Assembly (NCBI RefSeq): GCF_024521635.1
Contig: NW_026250408.1
Location: 744,001 to 808,000, forward strand
Direction of reading: 5' to 3'
DNA: 64,000 nt
Origin: Tricharina praecox
Taxonomy: Eukaryota
Shown here in pieces: positions 52,272 to 64,000 of the stretch (positions are counted from its first letter, which is position 1; each line of letters begins with the position of its first letter). The notes under the pieces were generated by a model. That model saw only the letters and a list, made by a program, of their open reading frames with translations, searched no databases and was not told where the DNA came from. Both the position numbers and the translations under genes were made by a program.

Positions 52272-53359
52272 GTGTAGGTGACGGAGGCGGTGATGCTGAT
52301 GGTAATGCGTAATGAGCGATGATGATGGCTGGTCTACATATTGACGGTTGATTGGTCTGGTCTGGTCTGGAAATGTGTGTGTCTGCGTTTGGTCTTTTAA
52401 TGTGTTCGCTCGATGCATGATGGCGTTCGCTTGATTATGGGATATATGATACCCTGTGCCTGTTATGATCCTTAAGCTTGTTCCTGTTCTGGTCTGGAAG
52501 CTCATGATACCGTGTTCCTGTCGGTCATGTTTGTATGTGCTGATTTTGGCGGCTGGCTGAATATGTATTGTACACATGTTATGGTGATTTGCACACATTC
52601 CACCTGTCCTATCTTGAGCTACCGTTACCTTCCCGACGCTACTACGGTAGTAATCTTCCACTTGAATCCTCCCTCAAGCTCTGGACCAGCGGACCTCTTC
52701 GTGCAAAGACTAGCTTCCAGTCGAGCATATTCCCAGGTCCGATCATGACCTCCATCGAGCGTGGGGTAGTATGTAAGTTATACAGCGTCGTTTGCATAGC
52801 AAAGACCGCTTCCACAGCAGCTCCAGCTAGCAAGCCATCGGTCCGACAGCTCCAAGCCGGCCAGAGCTCCACCTATGGTCCTATGATGGGCCATGGACGA
52901 CCGGCGAGCCTACTAATCCACATGCTAGCAGTAAAGCAGCAAGTCAGCTCTTCCGCGCCGCCGAGTGCTAAGCGATGGACTGCTTGCACTCCCTAGCCAC
53001 ATCCACCCTCCTCGCCCGGCCGCTATTTCACATAGCGCCCGTCCTTCCGGAGGAACGGAAAGCGCTCATGCGAAGACAGAGGAGGGAAAAAAAACTTGTC
53101 CCTCAGCCCCGAGGGGCGCTAGTTTCCTAGGGGGGCCCGGGGGGGTGAGGCTTTATTGGTGGCATGTGAAATTCCGGCACTAAGTTTGGGCCATGTGCGC
53201 GCTTTTACGGATTCGGACGCAAAATAAAAGTACGGTATGTAAACGAAGAAGAAAAAATATATTATCATTGAATTGAATTGAATTCCCAAATTTTGAGCGC
53301 CGCTGAACGCCAGCCGAGTACGGTAGATCTGTATGTGACATGGAGGGTAGATGGGCGGT

Positions 53360-53909
53360 CTATGCTTCAATCTCCATCTTGCGCGCCTCCTCGTCCAGAC
53401 GTCGCTGCTCCTTCGAGAGCTCGCGCGCCTCGTAGAAGGATGCGCAGCCGACACCCGACGCCGCGTCGGATTCCTTCTGGGTGTACGGCTCGTCCTTGAG
53501 CATGCGGACGCTGCGATCCACTGTCAGCATCCATCCATCCAACCAGCCACAGCATCGTGTCGTGAGAAGGGGGAGCGGGCACGTACCGTCGCTTGTGGTT
53601 CTTGCCCCGCCTGTGCTCGCGCAGGTTGTGCTCCTGCTCAAAATACTTGGAGCACTCGATGCAGTGGTGGATTCCCAGCGCGGGCTTGTCTTCATCCGGA
53701 ATCATCGCCTTGAGCTGCGCCAGCTGTCGTGGGTTGCGGAGGTCGCCATGGATCTGGTCGAGGTCTCTGCGGGATCACGCGCGCGGTAAGCATGAGGCGG
53801 GGGAGGATGGGAGATGGGAGGCGGGAGGAGGAGGAGGAGGAGGGGGGGGAGGGAGCGGGGAGTTATACCTGGTTCTTCGCTTCGTCTTTGATCTCCGGAT
53901 GGAACCCAT
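53360..53909 (-). CDS. BUD20: Zinc-finger ribosome biogenesis protein Bud20/ZNF593
   Basis: MGSIRRSKTKRRTR/DLDQI..DEDKPALGIHHCIECSKYFE..HRRGKNHKRR/VRMLKDEPYTQKESDAASG. Two introns. Confidence 0.93.
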
Positions 53910-54287
53910 GATTGCTTGCTTGGTTGCTTGCTTGGTTGCTTGCTGCCTTTCGTCGGTGTGAAGGCGTGTGTGAGAGTGCTGTAGGTGCTTGGTGGGGGAG
54001 CTGGGATGCGGCTCTTTCACAAACTCTTCCTTTTTTTCTTTCTTTTTTTTCTTTTTTTTTGCGCGTGTTGCCGGATTGGTTTTTTGAACTTTTTTCTTGG
54101 TCGATGTGGGGGGGGGGTGCAGGAGCGCTAGGACGGATATGGAGGTGGGGGAGGGGTTGTGGCTGGGGGAAGGAGCAGATCGGAACAGCCAGACTCTGCG
54201 AAGCCGAGGGAGCGTTGAGGAGGATGTTGTCGGCGTGCACTCGGTCGTCGGCTTCTGCTGGAGGCCTCTAGCTGAGGATTTCCCACA

Positions 54288-54307
54288 AATTGCGCGCTGC
54301 TGATTGG
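54288..54307 (-). promoter_or_regulatory. Candidate CBC:HapX bipartite site (CSAAT-N12-RWT)
   Basis: Minus strand reads CCAAT CAGCAGCGCGCA ATT, ~600 bp upstream of the aconitase ATG. Further CCAAT boxes at 54597 and 54618. Confidence 0.5.
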
Positions 54308-54907
54308 CCGGGGCACATGGGGGGCGCAGGGTTCTGTCCGAGGGCAGTTTATCGCAGCGGCTTTCTTGGGGGAATTTTGCTTGAGGGATTGACCAGCGGT
54401 ATGGGTGACGGCCGTTCGACCGATCGATGACGAGAGGTCAGCGGAAGGGGGAAATGGAAGCCAAAGCCAACGTGAGGGCGGCAAGTAAAGAAACATCTCG
54501 GCGGCCTGGAGGACTGGCGGACTGGCCGGCTGGGCTTCCTTTCCTCCAGCCGTTGGCCGCTGGCTTTTGCGGGAGGCCTCGCTGCCCGTCTTGAACCCAA
54601 TCCCATGCTGCCCTAATCCAATCCGAGAGGCATCACTGGCAAAGCGTGTTGTTTACCTGTTTTCTTACCTACATCCTGTGCACCCTTGACCCGCTCGCCC
54701 ACCAGTTCCACCCCCCAACCCAACCCAGCCATCCGGGAAAGAGCCTAGGGCTTTACTTACCTACTACTACTACTCACTTCTTTCCCTTCTTCCTCTCCCT
54801 CTTCCTTTCCTCTTCTTCTCCCCGTATACCCTCTTCTTGATTGAAGATAACCCCACACCATCGTCACATTGGTCCTGTCTTGATCGGAGTGAACAACATC
54901 GTCCATC

Positions 54908-57900
54908 ATGTTGTCCAGGCATATTCCCCGGGCTTCCAAGCTGGTGAGTTTCCTCTTTGTCTCCCGCCCCCGCCGACACAACGGCATTCGGACACGCATG
55001 CATGGCGACTCGCGACAACTACCCCGCCTCTAGTGCGGTCTGAATGACTTTTCGGCATCGAAACAACGCTGACTTTGTTTGCTCCATGACAGGCCTCTGG
55101 CTCTGCCCCTAGGCTCGTGAGTGCTCTCCCCGATGGCGATGCTGGATCACCAATGGTTTGGCTTCGGGATTCTGATGGGTGCGATTACAGACCAAGCTGC
55201 AGCGTGGCCTTGCTACTGTCACCGATGACCCTCTCAGCAAGAAGGTTGAGATGAGCAACTGGGAGAAGGTTGGTTGTCCCCATTACCCTCCGTCCGTGCT
55301 CTCAGGTGCCCCGCCGTTTCGGTTATGCTCGGCTTCGTGGGAGCTGTCAAGCGGCGGGCCTGCGGAATTACCCATACGAGCTCGACAGCTAATACGTAAT
55401 GTTCGTGATAGGGTAACTACATTAACTACAAGTACGTATTCGAGAACCTGCGGGATGCATCGGATTGTCGGCGTCTTGCCTTGTTTCCCAGCGCAGTCGG
55501 TCGCTCTCCGCCGCTTTCGTTATCGCAACTCGTGCAGATCATGAGGGGTTATGACGATGGCAGGCGGCGGCGGCTAGCTGCCTGGCACATTGGCGTGCGT
55601 CACATGTCAACGCATAAGGGTCTGTGCTGACATTTTTCACTTGTAGGAAGATGAGCGAGAACCTCGACATCGTGCGATCGCGCCTTAACCGGCCGTTGAC
55701 CTTTGCCGAGAAGATCGTCTACTCTCACTTGGATGACCCTCACGGACAGGATATCCAGAGGGGTGTTTCTTACCTCAAGCTGCGACCGGATCGTGTGGCT
55801 TGCCAGGATGCTACCGCCCAGATGGCCATTCTCCAGTTCATGAGCGCTGGTTTGCCTACCGTCGCTACCCCGTCCACCGTCCACTGTGACCACTTGATTG
55901 AGGCACAGATCGGTGGCGCGAAGGATTTGATGAGAGCCGAGAACATCAACAAGGAGGTGTACGATTTCTTGTCCTCTGCTTGTGCCAAGTACGGACTTGG
56001 TTTCTGGCGCCCTGGTTCTGGTATCATCCACCAGATTATCCTTGAGAATTACGCTTTCCCCGGAGGTCTGTTGATCGGTACCGACTCCCACACTCCCAAC
56101 GGTGGTGGTCTGGGTATGTGCGCCATTGGTGTCGGTGGTGCGGACGCCGTCGATGTCATGGCCGGTCTTCCTTGGGAGCTTAAGGCCCCTAATGTCATCG
56201 GTATTAAGCTTACCGGAGAGCTGAAGGGATGGGCCGCCCCCAAAGGTATGTTGCTCGTAAATACACCGATTGGCAGCAGAGCAGTCACTGATAGGAATTG
56301 AACAGACGTTATCTTGAAGGTCGCTGGTATCCTCACCGTCAAGGGAGGAACTGGTGCCATCGTCGAGTACCACGGGCCCGGTGTCGACAGCCTGTCTTCC
56401 ACTGGTATGGGAACTATCTGCAACATGGGTGCTGAGATCGGTGCCACCACCTCCCTTTTCCCCTTTAACGAGTCGATGCACAAGTACCTCGCCGCCACCA
56501 AGCGTACCGAGATCGGTGACTTTGCCCGCACATACGCCAAGGATCTCCGCGCCGACGAGGGTGCCGAGTACGACCAGCTCATCGAGATCAACCTCAGCGA
56601 GCTTGAGCCCCACATCAACGGTCCCTTCACTCCCGACTTGGCTACTCCCCTTTCCAAGTGGAAGGAAACCGTCAAGAAGGAGGGCTGGCCTTCTGAGCTT
56701 AAGGTCGGTCTTATCGGATCTTGCACCAACTCCTCCTACGAGGACATGTCCCGCTCCGCCTCCATTGCCCGTGACGCCCTGAACCATGGTGTCAAATCCA
56801 AGGCCATCTACACCGTCACCCCCGGTTCCGAGCAGATCCGTGCTACCATCGAGCGTGATGGTCAGCTCGCCACTTTCGAGGAGTTCGGTGGTGTCGTTCT
56901 TGCCAACGCTTGCGGACCTTGCATCGGACAGTGGGACCGCACGGATGTTAAGAAGGGTGAGGCCAACTCCATCATCTCGTCCTACAACCGTAACTTCACT
57001 GGACGTAACGATGCCAACCCGGCCACCCACGCTTTCGTCGCCTCCCCCGACTTGGTCACCGCCTTCTCCGTTGCCGGTACCCTCGACTTCAACCCCTTGA
57101 CCGACACCCTCAAGGACAAAGACGGCAAGGACTTCCTCCTTGCTGCCCCCAACGGTGCCGGTCTGCCCGAGCGTGGATACGACGCCGGACGTGACACCTA
57201 CCAGGCTCCCCCCGCGGACAGCTCCTCTGTCCAGGTCAGCGTCTCCCCGACCTCTGACCGTCTCCAGGTCCTGTCTCCTTTCGAGGCCTGGAACGGAAAG
57301 GATGCCACCGATATCCCGATTCTGATCAAGTGCCGTGGCAAGACCACCACTGATCACATCTCCATGGCCGGTCCCTGGTTGAAGTACCGTGGACACTTGG
57401 ACAACATCTCCAACAACATGTTGATCGGTGCCCTCAACGACGAGAACGGAAAGGCCAACTGCGTCCGCAACGCCCTGACCGGTGAATACGGCGCCGTTCC
57501 CGACACTGCCCGTGACTACAAGTCCAAGGGCGTCAAGTGGGTCGTCATCGGTGACTGGAACTACGGAGAGGGATCTTCCCGTGAGCACGCTGCCCTCGAG
57601 CCCCGCCACCTTGGTGCCCTCGCGATCATCGTCCGCTCGTTCGCCCGTATCCACGAGACCAACCTGAAGAAGCAGGGTCTCCTTCCTCTCACCTTCTCCA
57701 ACCCTGAGGACTATGACAAGATCAACTTTGACGACAAGGTCGACCTCCTGTGCACTGAGCTCGCCGTCGGAAAGCCCATGACCCTCCGCATCCACCCCAA
57801 GAACGGTGCCGCCTGGGACGCCAAGCTTTCGCACACCTTCAACGAGGGCCAGATCGAGTGGTTCAAGAACGGTTCCGCCCTGAACACCATGGCGAAGAAG

Positions 57901-57927
57901 GCTGCTGAGGCCAAGGCCAACGCTTAA
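54908..57927 (+). CDS. ACO1: Mitochondrial aconitate hydratase
   Basis: Exons 54908-54943, 55093-55116, 55191-55268, 55412-55431, 55647-56245 and 56306-57927. Motifs [56 protein letters not shown] and [12 protein letters not shown]. Strong C-ending codon bias. Confidence 0.98.
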
Positions 57928-58467
57928 ATTGTTTTTTGTCTTGTATGAATAACGATGGGTGGTGTGTCTGTGTCTGTGTGTGGTGGGTAATTGGGTTGTG
58001 GTGGTGGGACGGTGTATGGTTGTAAAATTTACACGGGTTTAGGTTTTACGCATTTTTTCATTATTTTTTCCTTTTCCTTTTACTTCCTTTTCCTTATTGC
58101 GCTTTCGATTTCCCTACGGCTGTTCATTTTTCCTACATGTGTTGCCTTTGCCTTCTGTGCTGTGGTGATTAGTTTTCGAATTTGGTTCGAATCATGAGCG
58201 ATTTTTCAACATATCTTCTTTTCCTTGGTCTGGTCTGGTCCGCAACAAAAAAGTGCAGGTGTACCTAGGGTGTGGGATGTGGGGGTGTAGGGGGAATGAG
58301 AATCGTGATTACTATCAATTCATTCTAAATTACATTTACTGATTTTGGATATTACATACACCACCGTGAGTGGAGAATAAAACCGGAAGAAACAAGGCAA
58401 ATACTAGAGCAAACTAGAACTCGAACACAAAAGAAACAAATTCAGCCGAACCACAAGAAAAATCTAC

Positions 58468-61460
58468 CTACACCAAATCAATATCCTCCACCGGCCACCT
58501 CTGCCACCTCGCCTCACGCCGGCGGAACCGCACAATCTTCAGGACCAGCACGATGGCGCAGGCAAGGGCAAAGACCAGGCCGGCGACGTGGAGCATCTTC
58601 AGCGCGATATCGGGCCTCGTACTGGGCGTCTCGGGCGTCGTATCGGGCATCTGGTGCTTCATGCCGGGCGTTTGGTGAATCATGCCGGGCGTCTCGAGCG
58701 TCATGCCGGGCGCAGAGGAGAACTCGGATTCAGAGAGGTCACGCTTGGTCAGGGAGTGGCCTTTGCCCTTGCCATTGTCCTTACCTTTGTCCTTAGGATC
58801 GGGCTGGCGCGAGGGGCCGGCAGCGGGTCCGGCAGCGTCCTTGCTGCGGAACGGGTTTGCGCCGCGCGGGCGGGGAGGACTGCAGTTCCCCGCACCTGGA
58901 GGACACCAGATGGGCTTGGCAGCGGCACCGGCAACGTGGTTTTTCGGAGGGATCACGGTGTCTGTGGCGCCTGAGGGACGGCGGAGTGGGTACGAGGGTC
59001 CGGCAGCGTCCTTGCTGCTGCGGAACGGGTTGGCACCGCGCGGGCGCGGAGGACTGGGGTTCCTTGCGTTCTTTAAGCCCGGGAAACGGTAGGGGCTGCC
59101 GGCTCCGAGGGGTTGGGAGGGGCCGCTGATCTCATCCGCACTCGAGGGGCGAGTGATGCCAGCGCCGGCTAATGCTTTCCGCAGTGGATCATCGTCCTTC
59201 CAGTGGTTTACGAAGGCATCGTCGTCGGCATTGGGGAGGAGGACCTTGGGCTGCGAGTTCCGGTATTTCGAGGGCGGTACGGTGTGCCGCTCCGGAAAAA
59301 TGGGCGCGGGAGGCTCCTCGTTGAGGCGGAAGGTGCGCGCCGGCCGGAAGGTCCCGTCGATGTTGACGTATTTGTTGTACCACGCCTTGGTGTTCAAGGG
59401 AGGCTCTGGGGGAGGAGGAGAGGGGGGGATCGCGTGCGCGGGGGGCGGAGCGGCCCAGCCGGGAGGTGCTGCGAGCACGGCGGGAGGGCGCTCGGCAAGG
59501 AAGGTGTCCGGCAGCTTGGGCGGAGGAGGTCTGGCTCGGATGGTGTCGTCGGCGTTGTCCTTAGAGCGGAGACCGGGAAGGTGCTTGCGCGGGGGACTGC
59601 CATGAGCGATGGGAACCAAGGGTGGAGTCAGAGATTCCAGGCTCCAGTTCTCGGCGTATACTTGCCGGAGAGTTTGTTCGGGTGTGAGCTTCGGCGGGGG
59701 TGCGGGCTTCAGGTTGTCCACGATGCCAACAGAGGAAGGCGTGTACGGCTCGAAGGGAGGCGTGTACGGCCGCGGAGGAGGAGAAGGGGGCGCGGGGACT
59801 GAAAGAGGACCCAGTGCGGCCTCTCGCTCTGCAGCTGAGACGAAGGCATGGGAGTTACCGCGGGCAGCACCGGTTTTGCTGGACTCCCCGCGTTCGTAGG
59901 TGGATGGTCGGAACCATGATTGATTGCTCTTCATTGGTTTTGGGCCATGGGTTTCGCCGTGGCTCCCTTTGGGAGTTGCCTGGTGGCCGATCTCCACTGG
60001 CCCATTACCGCCTGCTATACTGGTGCTCCCATATGGAGTTCTTAGGCGGTCTGGTATCGCCAGTTTGTTGCCTTCAGCCTTGCTCTCCGTGGGCATTCTT
60101 ATCGAAGGGCGGTCCTTGGCCGGCCATGGTCCCGGAACATACGCATGAGTGGGATTCGAAGACATGTTCTCCGCAGTAAAGATGCGAGAGTCTTTCTTGT
60201 TGACCCAATCCTTCCCGGCCTTTCCTCCATCAACGCTTCCGTGCCCGCTCTGCCGGGTTGTATGCCAAGAGTCAGCTTCACTGATTCCACTAATTGACCC
60301 GTAGTCGCTATTGCTGCTTGAGGGAAGTTGCTCGAAGGCGTTGTGGTATCCTAGGATGCTACCGGAGCTACTGGAGGAAGCACTGCTCAGGGCTAAGATT
60401 GCGTCAGATTTGGATCTCAAAAACATGGATGGATCATGGGGTTTACCTTTAGTGCCCAAGGAAAGAGGTTCCGCTTTCCCTTTATCTTTCCAGCCGAAGG
60501 CTTGCCTCCAACCCGATGCCCCCGAGATATGATTGCCATAGCTCGGATTATGAGGTGCGGGTGCCGCCGCTTGCAAATAATTCAAACCGCCCTGCTTCAT
60601 CCCTTGAAAAGGACGGTACATATCCGGCTTAATGACGTCCCAGTGCTTACCCCCAGAGTACTGCAACTCATTTTTGCGGGTTTCCTCGATTCTGTCCCCC
60701 ATTTTCTTGACATCGTTCTCGTTAATACGGCTCAGTGTCCCGAAGTCTCCCTGTTGCGTCTGGTATGGCCTATATTGTGGCTCCGCCGTGCCACCATAGG
60801 AAATCGGCTTGGGACTGTACATATCCTGCTTTTTGTCGCTCCATTGCTTACTCCCAGAGTACTTCAACGCATTTTTGCGGTCTTTCTCGTTTTTGGCCTT
60901 CACTTTCTTGATATCCTTCGCGAGAAGACGGCCCAGTGCCCCGACGTCTTTCTGTTGCGGCTGGTATGGCCTATATTGTGGCTCCGCCGTGTCACCATAG
61001 GTCGACTTCGAGGAGTCTCCGCCGATGTTGCAAAAGGCGCCGCCACAGCCACCGAAACAGGCCTCGACGAGATCACCGCCAATTTCCTTGGCTTGGTTAC
61101 CGAACTTGCGCACGTTCCCCCAGAAATTTTTGCGGCGTTGGAGACGGCTGTTGACGGGGGCCGAAGACGCCGACGCCAACGCCGAAGAGGTGCCGTTCAT
61201 CCCGAGGTGATGGGGTATCATCGTCCCGTTCCAAGACCCCTGGCCAGTGAAGACGAATCCGGGATCGGGGTTGGGAGGCACCGTCGCCAACACTCCCCCT
61301 CCTCCGGGGTCGGTAGACTGTCTGGATCAAGTATCAGCATCAGCATCGATCACCAACCAACAGGACAAGACTTAAACACTCACTGCGTCTCCTGAGCACC
61401 CGCAATTAGCAGGTAGGCCATAAAGACCAAGAGCATTCGCATCCAGTGCAATCGCGCCAT
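58468..61460 (-). CDS. Orphan ~976-aa Pro/Gly/Lys-rich predicted type I membrane protein with internal repeats
   Basis: Exon 1 61460-61384 encodes a signal-peptide-like MARLHWMRMLLVFMAYLLIAGAQET. The intron 61383-61322 (GTGAGT..GCTGAT..CAG) joins in frame to the 2.85-kb ORF. C-terminal hydrophobic helix VAGLVFALACAIVLVL is followed by KIVRFRRR. Confidence 0.8.
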
Positions 61461-62473
61461 GCTATGCTGGGCTACCGATGCGAATATCTCTGCAGGATGT
61501 CTACGAACGAACCAGGAACTCAGGGAGGCGGGCGATTTTTTAATCTATTCAGAAAAGCCTGGCCCCCCCATTAGGCTACAGAAAAGTGTGATAAACTTGG
61601 ATACAAAGATTTTAACATTGCGGTGGCTCCCAGGCCGTGGATTATACTTCTTTTTGGCGGTCGTGTTGGAAGCGGGAATCATAAATTGTAGTTGCATTGA
61701 GAACCTTGGAAGTCTATCGATACTGCTCTTGGTGTATTTAGCTCAACTTCAATGGCATCTGGCAAAGGCAATACAAATTCACTTCGACATAGGTGTTATG
61801 ACAACGGCTGGCCTGCGTGCCAATACCTATTGTAGGCAGGACATATAGAATTTCATGCCTGGGCTCGGGCTTCCGATTGAAAGTGGGCTGATAGTATCCA
61901 CCGCTGCAACTGTAACTTTGGACGGCTTTCGAAGGTTTTCGTGAAGCGCAAACCATCGCCATGATGGAGGAGTCTAAGTTGTCAACTCCCGAGCGCCCCG
62001 AGGATATTGCATCGATGTCTACCCAACAGACTATAATTGGCATCGTGACCAGCCATTCAAGGCAATGGAAGGCTCCTCCAGATGCACAGAGAACTGAATA
62101 TGGTGGTTTTTGGATACACGTGGGAATCGAGTGATCCGTATAGTAAAAATGCACTTGCAGTTGACTATCCGGCGTTGGGTCTCCACTGGTGTGACTTCTA
62201 CAATATATAAAAATTCGCCATCGAACTGAAACCATAAGAATAAAGCTTAAACGATGGAGATCCAGCATTTTAGACTTCAATTGTGGGATTGGCTGGGACA
62301 GTCACTACTTTAAATTCAGCACGTAGACACATATGGAGGTTGGGATAAAGTTCCCTATAGCGTGATTGTCGGCCAAAGAGCTTAAGAAATGGTTTCGGAG
62401 TCCATGCATATCGCCACCGCAAGTTTCTTGTCGCCAAACTTTTCCACACCTCCAGATACGTCCAGACTCCCAA

Positions 62474-63160
62474 TCATGCCACAGTAGTAGTAGTAGTAGT
62501 GCAGATGCGCAGCCTGACAACTCTCGCACCATCCGGCCTGAGCTTCCTGTAGTACCCCTCGACTATGCCCTCGTCCACCGTAAACCCCCTCTTACGGTAC
62601 CACTCGAGCGCGTCCTCGTTCTCCTGCCAGACATGAGCAAACACCTCGTCGACGCCCCACGCCTCGGCCGTTTGAAGCAGATCCTCGAGCAGCGCCAACG
62701 CAACGCCTAGCCGTCTGAACGGCGAGAGCACGCATATCGTCATGAGGTATATCGTCCCGCCGCGCTTTGCGGCATCCTCCGGCGGGGTCTCGGGAGCATC
62801 CCAGCGCGCGCGGATGCCCCCGACAATGCTTATGCCACTGTCCCAGAACGCGACGCGCGAGAGCGCCGCGTCCGTCGGGTTCGTGAGGATGTCTTTGTAG
62901 AAGTTCTCGCGGTAGTTGACGGGGAGGAGCAGGCTGTTGAGGTGTTTCAGCGAGGCGAGGTTTTTGGGGTCCGATGCGACCTCGAGTCGGATATTGGGGG
63001 AGCTGGCCGGTTGGCGGGGTGGGTTGAGATGTAGCAGGATCTGGGAGGGTTGCTGTGGCGGTGGTGGCATGGTGGGGGGGTGGGTGCGATCGTCTGGTGA
63101 TGTTGATGGTGAGATTCGCGGGGGAGTGGGAGCTGGGTCATCCATGTCGCTTGGTTTCAT
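62474..63160 (-). CDS. GNAT N-acetyltransferase, Nat5/Naa50-like
   Basis: Single ORF with LKHLNSLLLPVNY..FY, IYLMTICVLSPFRRLGVA (acetyl-CoA motif A), HVWQENEDALEWYRKRGF and GYYRKLRP. Confidence 0.85.
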   Translation of the reverse strand: MKPSDMDDPAPTPPRISPSTSPDDRTHPPTMPPPPQQPSQILLHLNPPRQPASSPNIRLEVASDPKNLASLKHLNSLLLPVNYRENFYKDILTNPTDAALSRVAFWDSGISIVGGIRARWDAPETPPEDAAKRGGTIYLMTICVLSPFRRLGVALALLEDLLQTAEAWGVDEVFAHVWQENEDALEWYRKRGFTVDEGIVEGYYRKLRPDGARVVRLRICTTTTTTVA

Positions 63161-64000
63161 GGGCGCCTACCTTGCAGTTCCGTTGGCGGCTTAGGTGCTG
63201 GCTGCAGCGGTGGGATGAATCTGTGATGGTTGGCCGTCTTCGAGATCACAGTGGATCACTCGATATGAGATCAGCGTCTAAATGCCGCATTCCATACTGG
63301 TATCTGGAGTCTAAGTTGTAAGGTTGTAGTTGATTTCTCTCTCCCTATCCCTCTCATTTCATATACGGCAATCGCTCGAATGCAATGATCAATGATGATA
63401 AACTAAATAAAAACATCCGGCAATCGCCCGGATGTTACACAGCCCACCAACCACCCCCAGCGATGACGTATTGCCCGAACTCCACTCCACTCGCTCTCCA
63501 CTCCCCTAAGCAGTTACTCTGCATACGTGCATCTCGAGAGAAGCAGGGCCCACCATAAACAAAAAAACAGTCGTCATCACTACTGCCCTGCTTTGTCCAG
63601 AAGATTCAGTCCTTGTTCAGGCGAGGGAGCAGCATATCTTCTGCTGTACTTCTTGACTCTGCTCGTACACCAGACCTCTACTTCCTCTCCATACTTCTCC
63701 TGCACAATACATACCGCGATATCCCTCTCACGAGAAAAGTACCCTGCCGAAGCGAAAGATCTTCACTTCAGTTCTTTAGCACTCTATTTCAATCCCAGCG
63801 CCCATCCCTTAGCATTCCTATCCCCATCCCGGATTTGAAGCTGGCTGCCATCGCTCGATCAAAAAGCATTCAACGGAAGCTCTAGATAATCCTAGGTATC
63901 ACCTTATCCCAGCTAGACATACCAAATCCATCCACCCAGTCCTTCCCGCCCATGGCCTCGCCGCAAGCTTACTCACCGCAAGAAACGGGAGCAAAGTTCA

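Noticed and set aside
52568..52996. Protein-like fragments downstream of OTU1
   Set aside because: Interrupted by stops, with no clear start or family motif; a pseudogene cannot be excluded but is unsupported.
55600..57834. 744-aa minus-strand ORF
   Set aside because: Antisense shadow of highly codon-biased aconitase, a common artefact.
61738..62280. 180-aa minus-strand ORF
   Set aside because: Non-ATG start, atypical composition, lies in the promoter region of the orphan gene.

Overview
Eukaryotic, intron-rich genomic DNA from a filamentous ascomycete (GT-AG introns of about 50-215 nt with CTRAC/CTAAT branch sites, microsatellite-rich intergenic DNA). A Pezizomycetes-like origin is inferred, not shown. 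I can build 17 protein-coding gene models: proteasome beta5 (PRE2), KHA1-type cation/H+ antiporter, GGA adaptor, aminopeptidase P, folliculin/Lst7, the circadian clock gene frequency (frq, 4 exons), an uncharacterised LRR-like protein, an Rbd2-like rhomboid, Ldb17/Dip1, MSH2, vacuolar proteinase A (pep4), RRP3, OTU1, BUD20, aconitase, an orphan repeat-containing type I membrane protein and a Nat5/Naa50-like GNAT. Other elements are a decayed LINE 3' fragment next to the PRE2 promoter, a diverged ~340-bp duplicated unit with a triplicated core, and several minisatellites. The most notable points are an intron-containing frq with uORFs and ~7 kb of gene-free upstream DNA, a non-canonical GC donor in MSH2, a possible CUG start in GGA, and the orphan membrane protein. 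All family assignments come from recalled motifs; no database search was run. I found no clearly novel multi-gene system.
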